A stretch of 64,000 nt of DNA from an uncultured Alphaproteobacteria bacterium (GTDB taxonomy: Bacteria > Pseudomonadota > Alphaproteobacteria > MPNO01 > DASWLB01): NCBI GenBank assembly GCA_963826605.1, contig CAWGXN010000001.1:1769440-1833439 (forward strand), given 5' to 3'. Each line of letters opens with the position of its first letter. Within the stretch, counting starts at the first letter, position 1. A program made the position numbers and the translations under genes. Below, in pieces: positions 19,203 through 29,098 of the stretch. The notes beneath the pieces were generated by a model. It did not search any database. It saw nothing but the letters and a program-made list of their open reading frames with translations, and was not told the origin of the DNA.

Positions 19203-20021
19203 ATGACCACCCTTGCCGTCGAAACCGCCGACACCGCCGCCGGCGACACGCCCGCCCGCTGGCTGACGCGCCGGAATTTCGAGCGCGCACTTTCCGTCGC
19301 CTCGCCGCTCGTTCTGTTGCTGGTCTGGCAGGCGGGCGCCGAGCTGGGCTGGATCGACACGCGGTTCTTCCCGTCGCCGTTCGCGATCTTCGCCGCGGCG
19401 TGGGACATGCTGGTCGACGGCGAGCTGTGGAAGCACCTGTCGATCAGCCTGGAGCGGATCGTCATCGGCTTCTGCCTGGGGGCGATCCCGGGGATCGCCA
19501 TCGGCCTCGCCATGGGATTGTTCAGCCCGATCCGGGCGGTGATCCAGCCGCTGGTCGACGCCACCTTCCCGATCCCGAAGATCGCCGTGCTGCCGCTGTT
19601 CATCATGGTGTTCGGGCTGGGCGAGCAGAGCAAGTACGCGATCATCGCGACGGCGGTGATCTATCTCGTCCTCATCAACACCGTCGCCGGCGTGCGCAAC
19701 ATCGAGCGGATCTATCTCGACGTCGGGCAGAACTACGGCGCGAGCCGCTGGATGATGTTCGTCGACGTCGCCCTGCCCGGCGCCCTGCCGCTGATCCTGG
19801 CCGGGCTGAAGCTCGGCATGGGCGTCGCGCTGCTGGTCATCGTCGCCGCCGAGTTCGTCGGCGCGCAATCGGGCATCGGCTACCTGATCTGGACCTCGTG
19901 GCAGGTCTTCCAGGTCGAGAAGATGTATGTCGGGCTGCTGGTCGCCGCAATCCTCGGGTTCGGCAGCGCCCTGCTGCTCAACTATCTCGAGCGCGCCCTC
20001 ATCCCCTGGAAGGTGCGGTAA
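19203..20021 (+). CDS. ABC transporter permease (NitT/TauT family)
   Basis: ATG 19203. Multi-pass membrane protein with an EAA-like loop (..NIERIYLDVGQNYGAS..). Confidence 0.85.
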   Translation: MTTLAVETADTAAGDTPARWLTRRNFERALSVASPLVLLLVWQAGAELGWIDTRFFPSPFAIFAAAWDMLVDGELWKHLSISLERIVIGFCLGAIPGIAIGLAMGLFSPIRAVIQPLVDATFPIPKIAVLPLFIMVFGLGEQSKYAIIATAVIYLVLINTVAGVRNIERIYLDVGQNYGASRWMMFVDVALPGALPLILAGLKLGMGVALLVIVAAEFVGAQSGIGYLIWTSWQVFQVEKMYVGLLVAAILGFGSALLLNYLERALIPWKVR

Positions 20022-20075
20022 AGGCCGTCGTCCCAAATCCGCCTGTCACCCCGGACGGCGAGCGCAGCGACACCG

Positions 20076-20481
20076 CCCCTCACCCTGTCCCTCTCCCAAG
20101 GGAGAGGGAACGCGGCGTCGGTCTTCCTCATTCTGTCGGCACGAACCTGACCTCGACTAAACCAAGTCTCGATGATCTGAATCTATGCCGTCATTGCGAG
20201 CGGAGCGAAGCAATCCAGGGCTGTGCCAAGGATTCTGGATTGCTTCGTCGCTGCGCTCCTCGCAATGACGGCTTCAAAGAGTCCCGATCATCGCGATCGG
20301 TATTGGTCAGGGCGATCAGCCCGCCCGGCACCGGCATTTCCCCTGACCCTGTCCCACTCCCCTGGGAGAGGGAACGCGGCGTCGGTCGTCCTCATTCTGT
20401 CGGCACGAACCCGACCTCGACTAAGACCAAGGCTCCCGCCTCGGGGTCCCCTCTCCCTTGGGAGAGGGACAGGGTGAGGGG
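20076..20481. repeat. composite MITE/RIME-like intergenic repeat block
   Basis: Terminal inverted repeats cccctcaccctgtccctctccc (20076..) and gggagagggacagggtgagggg (..20481). Two direct ~90-nt units (20076-20165 and ~20339-20430) flank a REP palindrome. A related element is at 34284-34425. Confidence 0.8.
20189..20270. repeat. REP/RIME-like palindrome, second copy
   Basis: It has the same arms as 12411-12490 (cgtcattgcgagcggagcgaagcaatccag ... ctggattgcttcgtcgctgcgctcctcgcaatgacg) with a different loop. Confidence 0.85.
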
Positions 20482-20532
20482 CCGGGCGCCGATCGGTTCA
20501 CAAGCTCGCAGGGCGAACGGCGTGGAGGTCGA

Positions 20533-21765
20533 TCACACCAGCACCCGCATCTCCTGCGGCCGGGTGCCCAGCCGCTTCGCGCCGGTCGCGGTGACGACCA
20601 CCGTGTCGCCCCAGCGCGCATAGTCGGCCTCGCCGTCATATTGCGCCGACGGCTTGACCACGAAGCAGCAATCCTCCTCGATCACGGTGTCGAGCACCGC
20701 GCTGTCCTCGGCGCGACGCGCGACCAGCAGCGGGCCGTCGTCGCCGGTGCCGCGCCCGTGCCCGCCGAGCCCGGTGGTGAGCCGGCCGCCTTGCGCGGCG
20801 AGGCTCGCCGTCGCGATCAGCTCGCGCACCGTGACGCCCGGCTTGAGCGCGTCCATCACCTTGTCGAACGCCTCGAAGGCGAGCTTCATCGCGTCCTTGC
20901 GCTCGGCGGTGACGGTGCCGAGCGCGAACGTCTGGTCGATCTGCGCGATATAGCCGCCCCACCGCCCTTCGATCTCGAGCAGCAGGATGTCGCCCGTGCC
21001 GAAGCTGCGGAAGGAAGGCTGCTCGACGCGATGGCGCACCGCCTTGTCGGGGCCGGAGGCCCAGCCGATCATCGGGGTGAAGCTGCCGCCGGCGTCGGCG
21101 TTGGCGAACATGATCTGGGCGAAGACGTGACGCTCGCGCACGCCGGGCTTCGCGTGGCGATGCACGGCGTCCAGCGTGATCTCGGCGACCTCGGTTCCTT
21201 TGCGCAGGAACTCGATCTCCTCGGCGCTCTTGCGCCAGCGCGCCTCGCCCAGGACGCCCGTCGCGCTGACGAACCGCGCCTTGGGGAACGCCTTCTTGAG
21301 GATCTCCACCGACTGCCAGTTCACCTCGCCCTCCGCCGCGCGCACATGCGCGAGGGGGCCGGAATCGAGCCCGGCGATGGCGATCGTCCCGGCGGCATAG
21401 CGCGGGTTCTCGTTGATCCATTCGACACCCGTCGCGCCGCCCGTGCCGCGGCCGCAGGCGCGGATGTCCGCGAACCAGTTCGACGACGGCCACACGCCGG
21501 GGCGCGAATGCCACGCCGTGACGCCGCCCTCGATCGGGAAGGCGACGGTCGTCTCGTCGCTGTTCTCGCCAAGCTGGGTGAGGTAGCGCGCGTCCGCCTG
21601 GCCGCGGTCGTGGCTGTTGGTGCAGGGCAGGCAGAGGATGAGATCGACCCCGTCGCGCGCCATCAGCCGGCGCACCTTGGCCCAGCGCCGGTCGCGCTCG
21701 TCGAGCGAGAACACGGCGTTCGACCAGGACGGGTCCCAGGGGTTGCGGGCGGTGTCTGCGCTCAT
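20533..21765 (-). CDS. M24-family (creatinase / Xaa-Pro peptidase fold) protein, paralog 1
   Basis: 410 aa with the pita-bread fold signature region GDILLLEIEGRWGGYIAQIDQTF and ..GGHGRGTGDDGP... It is paralogous to 23928-25217. Confidence 0.85.
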   Translation of the reverse strand: MSADTARNPWDPSWSNAVFSLDERDRRWAKVRRLMARDGVDLILCLPCTNSHDRGQADARYLTQLGENSDETTVAFPIEGGVTAWHSRPGVWPSSNWFADIRACGRGTGGATGVEWINENPRYAAGTIAIAGLDSGPLAHVRAAEGEVNWQSVEILKKAFPKARFVSATGVLGEARWRKSAEEIEFLRKGTEVAEITLDAVHRHAKPGVRERHVFAQIMFANADAGGSFTPMIGWASGPDKAVRHRVEQPSFRSFGTGDILLLEIEGRWGGYIAQIDQTFALGTVTAERKDAMKLAFEAFDKVMDALKPGVTVRELIATASLAAQGGRLTTGLGGHGRGTGDDGPLLVARRAEDSAVLDTVIEEDCCFVVKPSAQYDGEADYARWGDTVVVTATGAKRLGTRPQEMRVLV

Positions 21766-21801
21766 CCTGCACTCCTTCGGTTGGGCGGGCGCACCGCGCC
21801 C

Positions 21802-22113
21802 TCAGGGAAGTTCGACGACGACCCGCCCCTCGACGATCCGCACCGGAAAGGTAGGGACCGCGAGCTCGGGCCTTGTGACGCTGGCGCCGCTCGCCAGGTG
21901 GAAGCGGAACCGGTGCCACGGGCAGATGATCTCGCCGCGCGCGACGCTGACCGTGCCGTCGCTCAGAGTGCCGCCCTTGTGCGGGCAGCTGTCGAGGCAG
22001 GCATACACCGCCTCGCCTGCGCGCACGAGGCAGAGCGGCCGGCCGCCGACCAGCACCCGCCGCGCCGTGCCCGGCGCCAGCTCGTCGAGCCGGCAGACCG
22101 TCTCCTCCCTCAT
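21802..22113 (-). CDS. small Rieske [2Fe-2S] protein (NirD-like), copy 1
   Basis: ATG 22113 (MREETVCRLDEL..). CPHKGGTLSDGTVSVARGEIICPWH is a CxH-x17-CxxH Rieske motif. Confidence 0.85.
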   Translation of the reverse strand: MREETVCRLDELAPGTARRVLVGGRPLCLVRAGEAVYACLDSCPHKGGTLSDGTVSVARGEIICPWHRFRFHLASGASVTRPELAVPTFPVRIVEGRVVVELP

Positions 22114-22120
22114 CCGCGCC

Positions 22121-22693
22121 TCACCAGGCGGCGCGCGAGGCGGCCTCGTCGGGCCGATCGAGCCGCGCGTCGAAGCCATAGCAAACCGGATGGCGCGCGC
22201 CGCAGGACGGGCAAAGCTGCCGCTCCGGCGCGGCGTTGAATGCCCGCGCCTCGTCCAGCATGAAGGGCCAGAAGGCGTTGAGCCCGTGCCGGCCGGTGGC
22301 GAAGCCGGTGCGCGCCAGCTCCGCCCCGCAGGCGGGACAGATCCAGGCGACGAAATCCTCCGTCACCTCGCGTCCCGTCGCCGCCAGCAGCACGTGGTAA
22401 GCGCCCTCATCGCGCTCGGCGCGCAGATAGATCAGGTCGGCGTCGGAGACGCGGAAGGGCGCGAACAGATGGGCGATGCGGAACGGCGTGCCCGCCGGCA
22501 CGACACGCATGACGCGCGGCCGCGCCGGCAGGCGGACCAGCCCCTCGGCGTGGCGCTCCACCATCTGGTAGGGCGGGTCGTCCGCCGACTGACGCCCGAT
22601 CCAGACGCTGTACCGGCTCGCCTGGTGCCACGCCCCGTCCGTCGCCGTCTCGTCCAGCGGGAAGTCGTAGTTGAGGACGGGCTCATGGCGCAT
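22121..22693 (-). CDS. 3-hydroxyanthranilate-dioxygenase-like protein with Cys4 tail, B-type, copy 1
   Basis: ATG 22693, 190 aa. VPAGTPFRIAHLF is cupin motif-2-like. The C-terminus WICPACG..x30..FNAAPERQLCPSCGARHP..W* matches the pattern of the HAO rubredoxin-like site. It is paralogous to 29099-29683. Confidence 0.75.
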   Translation of the reverse strand: MRHEPVLNYDFPLDETATDGAWHQASRYSVWIGRQSADDPPYQMVERHAEGLVRLPARPRVMRVVPAGTPFRIAHLFAPFRVSDADLIYLRAERDEGAYHVLLAATGREVTEDFVAWICPACGAELARTGFATGRHGLNAFWPFMLDEARAFNAAPERQLCPSCGARHPVCYGFDARLDRPDEAASRAAW

Positions 22694-22728
22694 GGCTCTC
22701 GCGGGCGGCGAAGTCGCCGTCGGCCGGC

Positions 22729-23754
22729 TCAGTTGTACGGCCCGAGGATCTTCACCGCCGCCTCGGCGAAGCTCGGATCGACCAGCTTGTCGACGTCGGG
22801 CACCGGGCCGGTGATCTCGCCCCGCATCTTGTAGAACTGGCCCTGCTCCTTGATGTGGGCGACGTTGACCTTGCCGTCCGGGTCGACGATGTGCGGCGAC
22901 ATCGCGTTCCACACGTGCGGCTTCTTGATCGACATGCGCTTGACCAGAATGTCCGTAACCGCCGCCGTGTCCTTGTGCTTGACGTAGGCGTCGAGCATGT
23001 CGCGCACGCCGTGCAGGTAGGCCACCAGGTAGCGGACGGCGAGGTCGCGGTTGGCCGCCATCTTGGGCGAATACATCACCGTCGCGACCTGCGCGCCCGG
23101 GTCGACCTCGGCCGCCGGCATCAGCACCTCGCCGATGTGGCGTTCGCGCGCGACCAGCACCAGCGGCTCGATCATCAGCGTGCCGGCGATCTTCTTGCTC
23201 GACATGGCGGCCAGGCCGTCGGGGAAGCCGATGAACTCGGGCATGACGTCGGTCATCTTCAGCCCGACGCTCTTCAGCATCTTGTAGATGAACACCTCGT
23301 TATAAGCGCCGTAATGCGGGCCGACGCCGATATGCTGGCCCTTGAGGTCGGCCGCCGTCTTGATCTTGCCGGAATCGAGCAGGTCCTTGCGGGCGACGAA
23401 CGAGAAGGTCGAGTCGGTCTTGTCGCCGAGATGCGCCCAGTCGGCGACGATGCGCACGGGAATGCCGCGATTGACCGCGTTGAACATGCCGGCGTTGGGC
23501 GAGCCCGCCGCCACCTGGATCTGGTCGGTCGCGAGCGAGGAGATGTAGTCCTGCCCGCTGGCGCCGCCGGGCACGAACTGGGCGTCGATGTGCTGCTGGG
23601 CGAAGTAGCCGCGCGCCTTGGCGATCTCGAGCTGCGCCTGGTCGGGCCGGCCGGTGACGCCGACCTTGACCACGTCCATGTCGGCGGCCCGCGCCGTCGG
23701 CACCGCCAGCAACAGCACGGCGGCCGCAGCCGCCGCAAATCCGAATGTCCGCAT
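22729..23754 (-). CDS. ABC transporter substrate-binding protein (NMT1/THI5-like, NitT/TauT family)
   Basis: ATG 23754. Signal peptide MRTFGFAAAAAAVLLLAVPTARA. Periplasmic-binding-protein-like sequence. Confidence 0.85.
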   Translation of the reverse strand: MRTFGFAAAAAAVLLLAVPTARAADMDVVKVGVTGRPDQAQLEIAKARGYFAQQHIDAQFVPGGASGQDYISSLATDQIQVAAGSPNAGMFNAVNRGIPVRIVADWAHLGDKTDSTFSFVARKDLLDSGKIKTAADLKGQHIGVGPHYGAYNEVFIYKMLKSVGLKMTDVMPEFIGFPDGLAAMSSKKIAGTLMIEPLVLVARERHIGEVLMPAAEVDPGAQVATVMYSPKMAANRDLAVRYLVAYLHGVRDMLDAYVKHKDTAAVTDILVKRMSIKKPHVWNAMSPHIVDPDGKVNVAHIKEQGQFYKMRGEITGPVPDVDKLVDPSFAEAAVKILGPYN

Positions 23755-23927
23755 TGTGAGCCTCCCGCTCGTCGCGCGGCTCGTGTGCCGCGCCGCTTTT
23801 TGGTGGACGTTCCCTCGGTACCTAAGCGTATCATAGCGCCGTTCGCGCGCAAGCGGTTTGCACGTATCGGCCGCGGACGCGCGCCCCCGACGGGCGCGCC
23901 CTCGCCCCTTTACGGAACGGATTCCCC

Positions 23928-25217
23928 ATGAGCGCCGCCGCCACAATCCACGCCTATCGCCGGTTCTCCCTGGCCGAGCGCGACCGCCGCTGGGAAGCGG
24001 TGCGCGCGCGGATGCGGCGCGACGGCATCGCCGCCATCGTGGCGCCGCAGAACCCCGGCAACTCGACCGACTGGCAGGCCGACGCGCGCTATCTGTCCCA
24101 TGTGGGCGGCGGCGCCGACGCCTCGATCGCCGTCGTCTTCCCGCTGGAGGGCGAGGTCACGGCGGTCGCGACCTCGGCGGCCGAGCGCTGGGGACCGTCG
24201 GTGCAGGACTGGGTGACGGACGTGCGCGAGGCAAAGCGCCGCTACGGGCGCGTGATGGCCGAGCGCCTTCTCGAGCTCGGCCTCGCCAGGGAGCGGATCG
24301 GCATCTGCGGCGGCTCGACGCGCACGCCCGAGGGCACGATCATGCACGGCACGATGAAGGCGCTGACCGACGCCCTGCCGGGCGCGACCTTCGTCGATAC
24401 CTCCGACCTGCTGCAGGAGGTGCGCGAAGTAAAAAGCGCCGAGGAGATCGCCGTCCTGCAGGACTCGGTCGACATCGTCGAGCGCGCGATCGAGGCCCAG
24501 ACGCGCGCCGCCCAGCCGGGCGTGCCCGACTACGTGGTGTGGGCCGAGACGATGCACGGGCTGTTCTCGCGCGGCTCGGAGCTCTCGGTCCATTACAACT
24601 GGGTGGCGGCGCAGAATCCCGGCCGCACGCTCACCCGTCCCACGGCGCGCCGGCTGGTCGCCGGCGACGTCATCGTCGCCGAGATCGAGTCCTCGGTGAT
24701 CGGCTATCGCGCCCAGCAGATCCGCCCGCTCGCCGTCCATCATTGCGATCCCATGCTGATGGAGATGTCGAAGGCGCACGCCGACATCTATCCCGAGCTT
24801 CTGGACACGCTGCGCCCCGGCGCGACGGTGGGCCAGATGATCGAAAAGATCATCGCGCTCGGGGCGCGCATCGGGGCGACCAGGGGGAAGCTGGCCGGCG
24901 CGGGCGCCTCGCTGATCGTCCACGGGCGCGGCCTCGGCGACGACAGGCCGCTGCTGCTGACCAGCCCGGACGCGAAGCCCGACTACGAGGGCACCGAGCG
25001 GGCAATGACGATGAGCTTCCCCGAGAACGGCGTCTATATCGTCAAGCCGACGATCTGGTCGGCCGACCGGTCCTACCAGTATATCTGGGGCGACACGGTG
25101 CGGGTGACGCCGGCCGGCGCCCGGCGGATGGGCAAGGCGCCGATCGGCATGATCCTCTCGCCCGACCGGCCCTTCACGGACTATCCTGCCGACGTGGTCG
25201 CCTGCCGGGAGGGATGA
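23928..25217 (+). CDS. M24-family (creatinase / Xaa-Pro peptidase fold) protein, paralog 2
   Basis: 429 aa. It shares FSLxERDRRW, ADARYL, GDxIxxEIE...GYxAQ, HGRGxGDDxPLL and WGDTVxVT blocks with 20533-21765. Confidence 0.85.
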   Translation: MSAAATIHAYRRFSLAERDRRWEAVRARMRRDGIAAIVAPQNPGNSTDWQADARYLSHVGGGADASIAVVFPLEGEVTAVATSAAERWGPSVQDWVTDVREAKRRYGRVMAERLLELGLARERIGICGGSTRTPEGTIMHGTMKALTDALPGATFVDTSDLLQEVREVKSAEEIAVLQDSVDIVERAIEAQTRAAQPGVPDYVVWAETMHGLFSRGSELSVHYNWVAAQNPGRTLTRPTARRLVAGDVIVAEIESSVIGYRAQQIRPLAVHHCDPMLMEMSKAHADIYPELLDTLRPGATVGQMIEKIIALGARIGATRGKLAGAGASLIVHGRGLGDDRPLLLTSPDAKPDYEGTERAMTMSFPENGVYIVKPTIWSADRSYQYIWGDTVRVTPAGARRMGKAPIGMILSPDRPFTDYPADVVACREG

Positions 25218-25218
25218 C

Positions 25219-25857
25219 ATGTTCCACGAGGTCACGATCGACGAGCCGATCGAGAAGATCATCGGCGACTGGGACTTCCTCGACGAGAAGGTGGTGGCGA
25301 AGTTCACCCGCTTCCGCCCCCTCGGCCAGAACATCTATGGCATCCGCCGGCGCGACCTGTCGTCCGACGCGATCATCGACCCGGTCAAGGGCGACATCTC
25401 GCAGATGATCGAGCTCGGCCCGCAGGGGGTGATCGAAGTGGAGCATCGGCCGATGTCGCTGCACGTCACCACCGGCGGCACGCCGCACCGGGTGCGGCAC
25501 AATTTCGGCTTCTGGCACATCAACGACATGGACGAGCTCTATCTCGGCCTGCCCAACATGCCGGGCGATCCCCTCGGCCATTACCTGGTCATCATGCAGA
25601 CGCCGCGCGGCAACGAGGGCGACAGCTGGGCGTGGTACTGCGAGAGCTGCCTCACCATGCTGTTCGAGCGCCATTTCCGCACCGGCGAGCTGGGGCTTCC
25701 CGGCCTGTTCAAGGCGACCGAGCAGGCGGTGCGCGACTACAACGCCGATGTGCGCCACCGCACCTGCCCGGAATGCGGCCACGTCAACCCGATGGGCTAT
25801 GCCTGGAACGCCAACCACGACACGCCCGAGGAGCGCGCCGCCCGGGCGGTCTGGTAG
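25219..25857 (+). CDS. 3-hydroxyanthranilate-dioxygenase-like protein with Cys4 tail, A-type, copy 1
   Basis: It starts 1 nt after the M24 stop and is 212 aa. GGTPHRVRHNFGFWHINDMDELY is HAO/cupin motif-1-like. C-terminus WYCESC..x34..YNADVRHRTCPECGHVNP..W*. About 50% identical by eye to 28444-29082. Confidence 0.8.
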   Translation: MFHEVTIDEPIEKIIGDWDFLDEKVVAKFTRFRPLGQNIYGIRRRDLSSDAIIDPVKGDISQMIELGPQGVIEVEHRPMSLHVTTGGTPHRVRHNFGFWHINDMDELYLGLPNMPGDPLGHYLVIMQTPRGNEGDSWAWYCESCLTMLFERHFRTGELGLPGLFKATEQAVRDYNADVRHRTCPECGHVNPMGYAWNANHDTPEERAARAVW

Positions 25858-25860
25858 GGC

Positions 25861-26944
25861 TCAGGCGCGCGCCTTCGCGGCTACGGTCTGGAACGCCGGC
25901 AGCACCTTCTCGCCGAACAGCCGCACGGATTTGTGCGCCAGCGCGTGCGGCATGTTGCCGATATTGTGCTGGGTGAGCAGGATGTCGTAGCCGACGCGCG
26001 CCTGCTGCTCGGCGATCTGGCGCGCCACGGTCTCCGCGCTGCCGATGAAGCCGAGCCCCTCCTCGATCCAGAAATCGTACGACTCGGCGGTGCGCAGATA
26101 GACCCGCGCGGTCTCGAGCATGGCGGGCGTCGCCTCCTGCGCCATCAGCGACTTGGCGCGCTTGACTCCGTCGAGCCCGATCAGCCCCTCCAGCATGTAT
26201 TGCTCGGCCTCGGCGCGCGCCTGGTCGTCGGTCTCGGCGACGTGGACGTGGCGGACCAGCATCAGCTTGGGCATCGCGCCGGGGTGGTTGCGCTTCTTCC
26301 ACGCCGTCGCGGAAATAGTCGAACTTCTCGATGATCAGCCGCTCGACGTCGATGTTCTGCGCGACGTTGAAGTTGTTGTCGGCGGCGTAGTCGAACGAGC
26401 GCGGGCTGTGCCCGCCGACCCACACCGGCGGGTGCGGCGCCTGATAGGCGAGCGGCTGGGGCGTCGCGTCCTTGAAGGTCCAGAACCTTCCCTCGTAGGA
26501 GAATTTCTCCTCCGTCCAGGCGCGGCGCACGATCTCCATGCACTCGATGCCCATCTCGCGCCGGTCGTCGAACGGCAGGTTCCACGGCACGAACTCGCCG
26601 AGCCGCGTGCCGTAGCCGATGGCGAAGTCGAACCGCCCGCGCGAGAGCTGGTCGACCAGCGCCGTGTCCTGGGCGAGGCGCACCGGATGGTGCAGCGGCA
26701 TCTGGAACACCATCGCGCCGATGCGGATGCGGCTGGTCGCCTGCGCCAGCGCGGCGAGATAGACCGAGGGCGCGGTGACGCAGGGAAAGCCCGCGTTCTG
26801 GTGCTCGATGAAGAAGAAATAGTCGTAGCCCAGCGCGTCGGCGCGGCGCGCGTCGTCGATGTGCTCGTGGTAGAGATCGGCGGCGCGGCGCATCTCGCCC
26901 TCGCGGTGCGAGAACGTGTCGAAAAGGCCGAACTTCAGGGTCAT
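25861..26944 (-). pseudogene. LLM-class flavin-dependent oxidoreductase, apparent +1 frameshift
   Basis: MTLKFGLFDTF... runs up to ..KFDYFRD, then continues in another frame as WKKRNHPGAMPKLMLVRHVHVAETDD... The shift lies near 26300-26312. Length is 1 mod 3. Confidence 0.75.
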
Positions 26945-26960
26945 GGGCCGCTCCGCAGGG

Positions 26961-27701
26961 TCACGCCGCCGGCGGGGCGCCGAGATGGCGGTCGAAGAAG
27001 GCGACGAGCGACCGCCACGATTCGCGCGCGGCCGGCTCGAAATAGCTGTCGCGCTGGTCGTTCATGAAAGCGTGCCCCGCGCCGGCATAATAATGCATCT
27101 CGTGCGCAACGCCGGCGCGGCCGAGCGCCGCCTCGAACTGGCGCACGGTCTCGACCGGGATCGCCTTGTCGTCCTCGCCATAGGCGCCGAACACCGGGCA
27201 GCGGATCGACGCCACCACGTCGATCGGGCCCGGCCCGGGCTGGTTCGGCCGGTTGACCGGCCGGCCGTAGAACGCGGCGCAGGCGCGGATCGCGTCCGAC
27301 CGGGCGGCGAGGAACAGCGCCTGACGCCCGCCGCCGCACCAGCCGACCGTGCCGATCCTGTCGCCGGCGACGTAGGGCAGCGCGGCGAGCCAGCCGACGC
27401 AGGCGGCGAGGTCGCGGCCGGACTGCTCGTCCGACGGCGCGCCCTTGATCGTGCCGCCCTCCATCGTCGGCTGCTGGCCGCGCGCGGCGTAGGTGTCGGG
27501 AACGGCGGCGACGTATCCGGCTTCGGCGAAGCGGCCGGCGAGGTCGCGCATGTGCGGCCCGCCGCCCGGCACCTCCAGCATGCCCCAGAACTCGTAGCCC
27601 AGCACCAGGGCGGGGAACGGCCCGGCGCCCTCCGGCCGCGCGAGGAAGGTGGGCACGCTTGCGCCGTCGTCGGCGCGATAGCTCAGCGTCTCTGCGATCA
27701 C
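26961..27701 (-). CDS. dienelactone hydrolase family protein
   Basis: The GWCGGG nucleophile-Cys motif and the C-terminal ..GAGHAF.. are present. The start is assigned to GTG 27701 and is uncertain. Confidence 0.8.
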   Translation of the reverse strand: MIAETLSYRADDGASVPTFLARPEGAGPFPALVLGYEFWGMLEVPGGGPHMRDLAGRFAEAGYVAAVPDTYAARGQQPTMEGGTIKGAPSDEQSGRDLAACVGWLAALPYVAGDRIGTVGWCGGGRQALFLAARSDAIRACAAFYGRPVNRPNQPGPGPIDVVASIRCPVFGAYGEDDKAIPVETVRQFEAALGRAGVAHEMHYYAGAGHAFMNDQRDSYFEPAARESWRSLVAFFDRHLGAPPAA

Positions 27702-27784
27702 GGCGATTACTTCGCTCCCTAACGACCGAACTCTATCGAGCCCGCAGAAAGGCGTCCACCGCTTTCTGGGCGCATGAGGGCCGG

Positions 27785-28291
27785 CTACGCGGCGCTTTCG
27801 TCGCGCGCCTCCGCGCCGGTGCGCGCCGCGGCCAGGTTGCCGCGCATGCGGGCGAGCACGGAGCGGAAGATGCGCTCCTCCGCCTCCGTCACGCCGGCGA
27901 GGGCGACGTCCTGGATCTCCATCATGTAGGGCAGCGCCCGGGCCTCCAGCCGCTTGCCCTTGCGGGTGAGGTGGACGTGGATCTTGCGGCGGTCGATGGG
28001 CGAGCGGCGCCGCTCGACGATGCCGCGCTCCACCATCTTGCGCACCATCTCGACCGTCGTCGGCTCGGTCGTGCCGGCGCGCTGGCTCAGCTCCTTCTGG
28101 GTCAGCCCGTCCGCCTCCCACAGCGCGCGCAGGTAATAGCCCATGCCGAACGGAATGCCGTGCCGCGCGAGACGGCCCTCCAGCTCCTGGCGCATGGCGT
28201 GGTGCAGCGCGCGAAGCTGGTAGCCGAGCGAACGTTGCAGGACGTGGCGGGCCTCGGCGAAATCGGCGGGATCGGCGGGATCGGCGGTCAC
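27785..28291 (-). CDS. MarR-family transcriptional regulator
   Basis: The winged-HTH region is ..LTQKELSQRAGTTEPTTVEMVRKMVERGIVERRRSPIDRRK... It is divergent from the cupin A2 operon. The start could be GTG 28291 or ATG 28414. Confidence 0.8.
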   Translation of the reverse strand: MTADPADPADFAEARHVLQRSLGYQLRALHHAMRQELEGRLARHGIPFGMGYYLRALWEADGLTQKELSQRAGTTEPTTVEMVRKMVERGIVERRRSPIDRRKIHVHLTRKGKRLEARALPYMMEIQDVALAGVTEAEERIFRSVLARMRGNLAAARTGAEARDESAA

Positions 28292-28443
28292 GGATGGCCT
28301 TCGTGCAGGCACGATTTCCTCCTCCGGTGCTGCGATTGGGGGCGGCCGCGCGACGGGCGGCCGACCTTGACGTCGTTCCTTCGCAACCATAGCATCATGG
28401 GCGGCGCGCGGCACGACTTTCGCGCGGCCCGCGGGGAGGTGCC

Positions 28444-29082
28444 ATGTTCGCCGAGCTGATGGTCAAGGAGCCGATCGAGCGGATCGTCGAGGACTGGGAC
28501 TATTTCGAGGACCGCGTCCTGCCGAAATTCTCGGGCTTCAAGCCGATGGGCCAGAACATCTACGGCATACGACGCCGTCAGATCTCGGGCGAAACGGTCG
28601 TCGATCCGCGCAAGGGCAATATCAGCCGCCATTTCGAGATGGGCCCGAAGGGGCTCAGCGAATGGCACCAGAAGGCGCTGACGGTGCACATCACCACCAG
28701 CGGCACCCCGCACCGCGTGTCGCACAATTTCGGCTATTGGCACGTCAACGACAAGGACGAGATCTATCTGCCGCTGCCGGGCGAGGGGCCGGACGGGCTC
28801 GGCTACTTCCTGGTGATCATGGGCTTCCCGCGCGACGGCGAGACCGACCGGTTCTCGTGGTACTGCGCCGACTGCCTCACCTTGCTGCACGAATACGTGT
28901 ACGAGACCGGCCGGCTCGGGTTCCACGGGTTCTGGCGCGCCGAGACCGACGCGGTGAACTCGTTCAACGCCGATCCGCGCCACCGGGTCTGCCCGGAATG
29001 CGGCGCCACCCACCCCCTCGCCTATCGCTGGAACACCGCCACCGACACGCCCGAGACCGCCGCCGCCCGCAAGCTGTGGTAG
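28444..29082 (+). CDS. 3-hydroxyanthranilate-dioxygenase-like protein with Cys4 tail, A-type, copy 2
   Basis: 212 aa. SGTPHRVSHNFGYWHVNDKDEIY. C-terminus WYCADC..FNADPRHRVCPECGATHP..W*. Confidence 0.8.
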   Translation: MFAELMVKEPIERIVEDWDYFEDRVLPKFSGFKPMGQNIYGIRRRQISGETVVDPRKGNISRHFEMGPKGLSEWHQKALTVHITTSGTPHRVSHNFGYWHVNDKDEIYLPLPGEGPDGLGYFLVIMGFPRDGETDRFSWYCADCLTLLHEYVYETGRLGFHGFWRAETDAVNSFNADPRHRVCPECGATHPLAYRWNTATDTPETAAARKLW

Positions 29083-29098
29083 GCGGGACGCCGCGCCG

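Noticed and set aside
20076-20481. Possible CRISPR array
   Set aside because: The repeats are inverted as well as direct, have unequal lengths and irregular spacing, and no cas genes are present. They match REP/MITE-type elements instead.
28262-28287. Tandem repeat atcggcggg x3
   Set aside because: It lies inside or next to the MarR N-terminal region, encodes a PAD-PAD-PAD string, and is a short low-complexity repeat with no evident function.
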